A stretch of DNA of 63,016 nucleotides, the filler included, from Reclinomonas americana ATCC 50394 (Eukaryota): NCBI GenBank assembly GCA_048213135.1. It is 12 parts of 6 records of this genome, joined end to end, with 100 filler letters (N's around TTAATTAATTAA, not from the genome) between each part and the next. Parts side by side here need not be neighbours in the genome. Positions count along the whole stretch, not along the records: positions 51,513 to 57,480 come from PS015845.1; positions 57,581 to 63,016 come from PS015845.1; 10 more parts are not named here. The stretch is one strand, 5' to 3'. Each line of letters opens with the position of its first letter. The stretch's first letter is position 1. The notes beneath the pieces were generated by a model. That model saw only the letters and a program-made list of their open reading frames with translations. It was not told where the DNA came from and did not search any database. The position numbers were made by a program, and so were the translations under genes. Below, piece after piece: positions 55,301 through 63,016 of this stretch.

Positions 55301-57943
55301 NNNNNNNNNNNNNNNNNNNNNNNNNNNNNNNNNNNNNNNAAATTGGCGCGATTTATGGAGAGATGAAGACGAAGAAGAAGAAGGAGAGAACTCGTGACGA
55401 GTTGAACGGAGAGGCAGCTATACGACGGGGGAGAGAGAGATACAGACATGCAAAGAAGCAGACCGGCAAAGTGACAGACAACACGACAGAAATAGCGAGA
55501 GAAAGAGAGAACCAGGTATTGCGGGAGTCATCTCTGTCGCGGATGACTGCGAGAGGCACACACGGACACACGCACGCGCAGAGAGAGAGAGAGAGAGAAC
55601 TAGATACTGCGGGAGACATCTTTGTTGCGAATGACGAATGCGAGAGTCGGCCGGCGACAGGCACGAACATATGCGTGCACAGAGACGAGAGAGACGGCAC
55701 AAGGCGACTGATCTGAAGAGAACGCATATTGGCAAAGAGTAAACGACCACACACGACTCACCCAAGCACGAGTGGCCGTAATGCACCAGAAAATCGCACC
55801 CGAGAGCCTTGGCAGTAAGGTCGTCAATGCAGCACGCGCCGTAGGTAACGTCACCCATAATCAGCGTCTCCACTTGGCAGAATCTGCGAGAGATGGAGCG
55901 TGAGATGCCGGATGCACGAAGTTTCTCTCAACATATTAAGAGGCCATCGCTCTGCACCCCATACCACTCCATTGTCTCGCTCTTCTTGCGCTCCGTTCAC
56001 AAGCTCACATCTTGCATCGTTTTGTCTCGCCCATCTTCTCTCACCTCTCCGCCTTCTGTCCCTCCGGTGCATCTCATACCACTCCATTATCTCGCGATTC
56101 GCTGTGCTCTGCTCACAAGCCAATACCCACACTCCTCAGTTGACAAGTTCTTACCTCTCGGTCCTCTGTCTCCCAGTTATCTCGCCCCTCTTTGTGCTCT
56201 GCTCACAAGCCTTCACCTAACGCTCTTTGTCTCGCCCATCGTTCTCACTCTCAAAGACCGTCACTCTGCACCTCATAGCACTCCATTGTCTCGCGGCTCG
56301 CTGTGCTCTGCTCACAAGCCTTCACCTAACGCTCTTTGCCTCGCCCATCGTTCTCACTCTCAAAGACCGTCATTCTGCACCTCATAGCACTCCATTGACT
56401 CACCTCTCCTTGTGCTCTGCTCACAAGCCTTCACCTAACGCTCTTTGCCTCGCTCATCGTTCTCACTCTCAAAGTCCGTCACTCTGCACCTCATAGCACT
56501 CCATTGTCTCGCCCCTCTTTGTGCTCTGCTCACAAGCCTTCACCTAACGCTCTTTGCCTCGCCCATCGTTCTCACTCTCAAAGACCGTCATTCTGCACCT
56601 CATAGCACTCCATTGTCTCGCCCCTCTTTGTGCTCTGCTCACAAGACTTCACCTAACGCTCTTGCCTCGCTCATCGTTCTCACTCTCAAAGATCGTCATT
56701 CTGCACCTCATAGCACTCCATTGTCTTGTCTCCCCCAGTGCTCTGCTCACAAGACTTCACCTAACGCTCTTGCCTCGCTCATCGTTCTCACTCTCAAAGA
56801 TCGTCATTCTGCACCTCATAGCACTCCATTGTCTTGTCTCCCCCAGTGCTCTGCTCACAAGCCTTCACCTAACGCTCTTGCCTCGCCCATCGTTCTCACT
56901 CTCAAAGATCGTCATTCTGCACCTCATAGCACTCCATTGTCTTGTCTCCCCCAACCTAACGCTCTTTGCCTCGCCCATCGTTCTCACTCTCAAAGACCAT
57001 CATTCTGCACCTCATAGCACTCCATTGACTGTGCTCTGCCTTCATCTCTCACCCTTCCACCTCTCACTCCCCCTTCCCCTGTCAGCGCCCACCTCTCCAA
57101 GATATCCGCAATCGTCGTCGCATACAACAACAACCCTTCGGGAAACTGCAGCGCCACTCGCCGACACGCATCACCGGCCTCACGCAGTCGCCACACTGTC
57201 TTGTGCAACTCAAAGTTGTAGTTGGCGGGTAGTACGCTGATGCAGGCGTTCAGCTGTGTGCGCGGAGAGTGACAGGAGGGAAGGGGAGAGTGAGTGAGTG
57301 AGCGTGTGTGAGTGAGAGAGAGAGAGAGAGTGAGTGAGAGGGAGAGAGAGAGAGTGAGTGAGTGAGTGAGTGAGTGAGTGAGGGAGTGGAGGGAGGGAGG
57401 GAGGGAGGGAGGATTGAGTGAGTGAGTGATTGCAGTGAGTGAGTGAGTGAGTGAGTGAGTGAGTGAGTGAGTGAGTGAGTNNNNNNNNNNNNNNNNNNNN
57501 NNNNNNNNNNNNNNNNNNNNNNNNTTAATTAATTAANNNNNNNNNNNNNNNNNNNNNNNNNNNNNNNNNNNNNNNNNNNNAAGGAAGGAGTGAGAGAGTG
57601 AGTGAGTGAGAGAGTGAGTGAGTGAGTGAGTGAGTGTGAGAGAGAGAAACGTACCTCCTCATTGTGCAGAATGTCGTCGGGGATCACATTGCCCGCGCGT
57701 CCAACCACACGAGTCTTTGGTCGCACAACTGCATGTGTGCGTGAGAGAGTGAGAGTGTGCGTGAGAGAGAGAGAGTGAGAGATTACCAATGGCGGAGGGT
57801 GCGACTGTTGTCGAGGAAGAGTCGCCCTGGTGACACAGCAAGTCAATCAACATGCATTCACAACTTGACAAGCATGCACATACCTCTGAGGGCAACGTGC
57901 TGCACGATCCACACTTGCTCGCTTCTTCACTGCTCTCACACAT
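52347..57943 (-). CDS. DPH1: Diphthamide biosynthesis protein 1 (ACP-histidine synthase subunit)
   Basis: [45 protein letters not shown]|..[26 protein letters not shown]|..[48 protein letters not shown]|..[11 protein letters not shown]|..[36 protein letters not shown]|..YPMDFY. The start codon is tentative. Confidence 0.95.
56190..57028. repeat. Homogeneous ~108-109 bp minisatellite, about 8 copies, inside a DPH1 intron
   Basis: Unit TGCTCTGCTCACAAGCCTTCACCTAACGCTCTTTGCCTCGCCCATCGTTCTCACTCTCAAAGACCGTCATTCTGCACCTCATAGCACTCCATTGTCT, starting near 56194, 56304, 56413, 56522, 56631, 56739, 56847, plus a partial copy. Confidence 0.95.
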
Positions 57944-57997
57944 TCGATGGATGCACAACGAGAGGACAAGAGGATGGCCTTCATTCTGCAACTTATA

Positions 57998-60900
57998 TTA
58001 GATCTTCACGCCCGACGTGCAGTCCCCGCTCGTGGCACACGCGGTCGCCGTCGACGTGGCCACCACGCCACTCTTTGGTACACACTGCTTTGTCGACGCT
58101 GTGAATGTCCACGAACCGCATGCGGTCAACTGCGAGCACCACAGTGAGCATGCTTGAGGACCGGTTGTCGTCTTGATGGCCCACGTGAGATCGCCGCCAG
58201 GTCGGTCTGCATACAATGTCAGTCACAGATCTCTCCCTCATCTCTTTTCTCTGCGAGGACTCACCCGTGCTGGTCTGGAACCCACTGCTGTCGTACGCCG
58301 CCGCACTTGTCTTGCGTCCCGACACCAAGCAGAAATGCGAGCCACACACGTTGCTGGTCTCTGCATTCGCGGCCGCCGCCGGCACGGTGCTCTGCGTGTG
58401 GCAAGAAGGTGAGTTTGTCACCTCCTCACGAGCCTTCCGTCACTGATCACGCGCCTTCAGAGTGCACACGTTCACACCGAACGTGTTGGATGCCGCTGCA
58501 GCATCCAGGAATGTCCACGATCGACATTGCGAGTACTGATCGCACAGTTCGCAGCATCCGACTTCGCTCGCAACGGAAGGCATCGTGCCCAAGATCGTGC
58601 CGCCAGGTCGGTCCACTGCCTCAAACAGGCACACTTCCAACGCAGCTGCTCGAAACGAGTGCGAGTGAGACGGTAGAAGACAATGCAAACTGGAGCCCAC
58701 AAGCAACGCAACAAGCCACGGCTCCATTCTGCACCGCTGAACAACCTGCGTTCATTGCTGCGCACGCAGGTAGGCAATTTAGTGACATCCACATATACTA
58801 TGGTCTCCCACTGCGCACACACTGCCGCGAAAACAGAGAGAGAGAGAGCAAAGACTGAAGCATGTCTTGATAAAGAAAACGGTGCTCGACAACGTCAAAA
58901 AAGCGAGTAACAACGACAGGCTACTGTCTTCACAGTGAGAGACTTCATGCTCAACCGTTAGTATCACTGCTGTGCGCTTCACCTAACCCCCACAATCCTC
59001 CCTCCTGAAGCCTGGCCTCGGACTCTTGACGACGCTCCCTTTCTTCAACTCTGAGCCAGTAATGTTTGACTCACTGCCCATTACGCTTCGCTCTTCACCC
59101 CTCGGCTCCTCTGATTGTCTTCCCTCAGCTCTACGCGTATATTGGCACTAACCCACTCTCCCTTGCAAATCTGTTTCACTCTATTCTTCTCTCCTTCCCC
59201 CAGTCACGCACCATACACAATCATGAACTGCTTGGTGTACGTCAGCGTGCCGTCGCTCACTTGCACAAACACTTGCAGTCGCCGACTCAGCGGCGGAGCC
59301 ACCGAGATCGTCAGCTGATTGCCGCCAACCAGGCTGAACAGAGCCGCATGCACACCGCCAGAAATGCTGAATGTCGGCGTCTGTCCCGTGTTGAGATCCA
59401 CCATGCTCAGGGTGCCCACGGTGAATGGCACCGTTGCACTCGAGTACGTCAGCGGTCCCGACAGCAGGATGTCGCTTGGGCCAACACTCCCTGCACACCT
59501 CAATCGTTTAGCTGACACACGCATACACACTCATTCACACGTGCTAACGTACATACAGACATGCATACACAGAGGGGACAGGCGGGAGAGGGAGACAGCG
59601 AGAGAGAGAAGAACAACATGAAGGGAACGAATCACAGTTCTAGATCTCCACACAAAAGCAAACAAGCAAACGACGGCTGAATGCTCCCTGCGCTCTCCCT
59701 TCCATTACTCCTCACCAATGGCAAACGCCGACACCGCCAGATATGTCTTGGTAGGCGCCCATCGTACGCACAATTCGTATGTGCCTGCTGCAGCACCCGC
59801 TGCTCCCATCGTCAGCGTGATGCTGGTCGCACTGCCGAATGCACTGCTGACAGTGGTGCTGGCCACGGCCGTCGGCGGTGTCGTGGCGCCACAAAGGGGA
59901 GTGCCCAACACATAGGCAGATGCATCAGCTGAGTTATTCACCAGCGCGGTTCCCGTCAGCGTTATCAACTGGCCAGCCAGTGCCGATACAAAGGTGGCCG
60001 ACAGCGACGTCACGGCAGGAGCTGCATGATTGAGAGCAGAAGGCAAATCAGCATCATCGTGTATATTAACAACACACACAATCAGAATTGCACGCAGCCA
60101 GCAATGTTGAGTGTCTGATCGAACGACATGGCAGGATTGCCATTGTCGGTCGTGCGCACAATCACCACCAGCGACGCCGTCACACCCGCACTCGCAAACT
60201 GCAGCTGGTTGCCAGACACAATCGTCACCAGTGCGCTACTCGCACCACCCACCACCGAATACGTGAACGACTGCTGCGCGTCCACATCGCTCGTGCTCAT
60301 CGTGCCGATCACCAGTCCCGCCGTGCTAGGCGGAAAGTACGAGCTTGCACTCAATATCACCGTCGTCGGTGCATTATTCACTGCGGAAAGACAAAATCAA
60401 CAACCACGTCGAGAAACGCACAACAGTCTCCACTCACCCGACGTCACACTGAATGACTTGTCGACAAACATTGGCGGCGTGCCATTGTCAAACGCGCGGA
60501 CTGTGACAGCCAGCGGACTCGCCGACTGTCCCGCCGAGGTGATCTGCAGCTGTGCGCCAGCGCTCACCGAAAATGCACTGCCGTTCGCTCCTCCGCTGAC
60601 CGCATATGTATACGACTGGCTCCCATCGTTATCGCTGGTGCTCATCGTGCACAGTAGCACGCCGGCCGTCGACGGTGCGACGTACGCAGTCGTTCCCGTA
60701 CACGCAATGTCGGTCGGCATCGAATTGGATGTGGTGAAGGACATGGTGGAGCCGGTGAGGGTGGTGGGCACGGTGGATGTGGAGATGGCACGGAAGTAGT
60801 ACGTCCAGTTGGCGGCAAGTGATGGCAGCGACGAGGTGAGGGTGGTGCTGGAGGCGACACCAGAGGTGGCTGGCGTGGCCGAGACGGTGGAGGAGCCGAT

Positions 60901-61544
60901 GGTGAGCCGGCGGATGGTAGCGTTGTCCCAATCTGGAGAAATGCTGAGAAGGAAGAAATACGACGAGTGCAACACTAATGGAGACAATTCGCACCTCCTA
61001 CGTACAGAGTGGACGAAGCGGCATGGAACAATATAAAGACCTAGCTTACACAAGTGAGTTCACACTGACTCATTTTCTTAAGCGCCGCCGATAAGTGGAT
61101 GCACAAACCGGGCGATTGAATCGGGCACTTGCAAGTGGGCTCCCATCAGTTGAGCCGGCCGACCCAGCAGCACCGGCGACGGTTGTGACGGCGCCCGTGC
61201 TAATGACGATTTGGCGAATCGTGCTATTGCTCCACTACGCGAGATACGGCCGCCAATAAGTTAATGAGATACGAGCGGAAACACGCGCATCACGCAACAT
61301 CAGCAACATATAGAATTCCACGTCCTCGATCTTGTTGGAGGCCAATTGGCACATTGAAAAGAGCAGCAGTACCTGTGGCATCCGTCGATCCGGGTGCCGC
61401 GGTGAGCGAACCCGCCAGGGTCGACACCGTCATCGCCAGCATGTCGATCACACGAATGTTGTTGCGATCGCGATCAGCTGCGCACATCAAAGGCGTGAGG
61501 ATCCTCAGCTCGGCTATCTCACTCTCTGTCTCTCAAACATAGAA

Positions 61545-61575
<31 letters not shown>

Positions 61576-62790
61576 CAAGCCACAATCATCACAAGTGAGT
61601 GATACGCAAGTGCGTGTGCATGTGTGGGTGGGTGAGTGAGTGGGTGAGTGCGAAAGTGATAGAGTGAGGAAGTGAGTGAGAGAGATAGAGAGAGTGAGCG
61701 TGCAAGTGCGTAAGTGTGTGTGTGCACAAGTCAAAAAAGAGACAGCCTGCAGTCGCATCTTCTCGCAGTCACTCTTCTCTCTCTCACACACATACACACA
61801 TGAAGAGCACGAACCAACGTACAGTCGATTGACAACAGTATCCCACGCCATGCCAGATGGTCCTCCAAACCGCGCTGTCGATGCACATGCTCCGTCAACT
61901 GTATTGGACGATCCAATCGTACCGCAATAGGTGGTGACTTCGCCACCATATGTGACCTGATATGTGGCATGTGAGCACTGGATTAATAAATCAAGCTGTC
62001 GGGAGACTAACACACCTTTTTGACAGCATTGTTGTTCCAGTCGGCAACATAAACCAATTTGTTCAACGCATCAACCACGACGCCGTGTGGTTTGTTGAAT
62101 CTTGCGCTCGTTCCAGTGCCATTGGCAGCACCGGCAGATCCGTTGCCAGCTAGCGTCGACACAGATCCGGATGCTGTACTCACCCGGATTGCGTGGCTAA
62201 AGTTCTGCAAGGCGTAACTGTGAGAAACGGAGCACAGGTCGGACAAGCACTCTGCTCCACCGACACAACCGCGCAACGTCAGCAATGTACAAGTAGCCGT
62301 TGGTCAGGTCAATCGACAAGTCAGTGGGATAATTGAAGCGAGCCGCAGTGCCGATCCCGTCGACAAAGCCCGTCGTTCCCGCACCGCCCAGAAACGTCGA
62401 CACCACACCGCCACTAGTAACTCGCCGAATCGTGTGATTTGCTTGATCACACACGAATGCGGTGCCCGATGCATCGAAAGCGAACCCCTGATTGAGTTGC
62501 ACAAATAAGTCGCGACGTGTGTAGTTCATCAACGGCGTGCTATGATCGAAAAGTCACCGACGGCCGAAAGAAACGAGCAGCACTTCCCGTACCATCCGCT
62601 GTGCCTTGCATCCCGGCCGAGCCCACCCACGTCGACGCAGCTGGTGTGACACCGAGAGCAGCTGCCGATGGCGCCCACTCGAACGAGTTGCTCATTGTTG
62701 TCGCGGCCACAGAGTTGCCCACCACCGCATTCAATGTCGCCGACGACGTTGTCACGATACTGGCCGACATTGTGGCCAGCGACTGGGTGG
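57998..62790 (-). CDS. Large extracellular protein: FN3-like, NHL beta-propeller, 3 bacterial-type cadherin-like domains, IPT/TIG and 2 PAN/Apple domains (5' end outside the window)
   Basis: NHL repeats (DG.G.AARF..P, YVAD..N..IR); cadherin-like N.APT..LS...G..IGT.ST.D.D...FTY...V.VR.TD.G; APAVTSLS...GQLITLTG; PAN motifs DRPGG...CCELC....CRSWTF...CTLK and DRPGGDL...C..WC....CGSWTF...CVPK. Exon phases are consistent from the last cadherin exon into the PAN exons. Confidence 0.8.
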
Positions 62791-62901
62791 CTGCGACACG
62801 CCAACAAGGGAGAGAGAAGTACATCATGAGAGACCAGCACGAGCGGGTTAGTGGAAGGGAAAGAAAGAGGGAGATACAACAACGGAGAGGGAAAAGAGAG
62901 A

Positions 62902-62932
<31 letters not shown>

Positions 62933-63016
62933 AAGAAGAAGAAGAAGAGAGACGAGAGACGAGAGAGAGAGAGACGACGACGACGACGAAGTAGACGACG
63001 ACGACGAACGACGACG

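Noticed and set aside
53710..55716. Long ORFs in the supplied track that span gaps or (GA)n/(CT)n tracts
   Set aside because: They are artefacts of N runs and microsatellites, or antisense shadows of GC-rich exons.
56190..57028. CRISPR-like array
   Set aside because: Units are contiguous near-identical ~109-mers without unique spacers, inside a eukaryotic intron, with no cas genes.
52347..57943. Stop-codon reassignment or recoding
   Set aside because: Apparent in-frame stops in DPH1, AATF, SNRNP35 and the lysozymes all fall in introns; TAA, TGA and TAG all serve as terminators.

Overview
Draft-assembly window from an intron-rich, microsatellite-laden microbial eukaryote; the organism cannot be identified from the sequence. 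It has many N-gaps with TTAATTAATTAA linkers. The ORF track is mostly uninformative, so I built gene models by hand from GT-AG boundaries and protein motifs. About 15 spliced genes are visible: a POMP/beta-helix surface protein, a tetraspanin-like protein, an apparently catalytically dead class-V aminotransferase/cysteine-desulfurase homolog, SNRNP35 (U11/U12-35K), a ubiquitin-like protein, an acylated EF-hand protein, two tandem GH25-type lysozymes, AATF/Bfr2, a large alpha-solenoid protein, two tandem secreted prepro-proteins, DPH1, an NHL-cadherin-IPT-PAN surface protein and two hypotheticals. The strongest unexpected signal is a second, abundant class of 5' splice donor, GTTGCG (also GTTGAG). 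It is the local GTGCG/GTGAG consensus shifted by one base, occurs at about 29 inferred junctions, and never follows an exon-terminal G. A dispersed ~150-200 bp SINE-like element also sits just upstream of start codons in six places.
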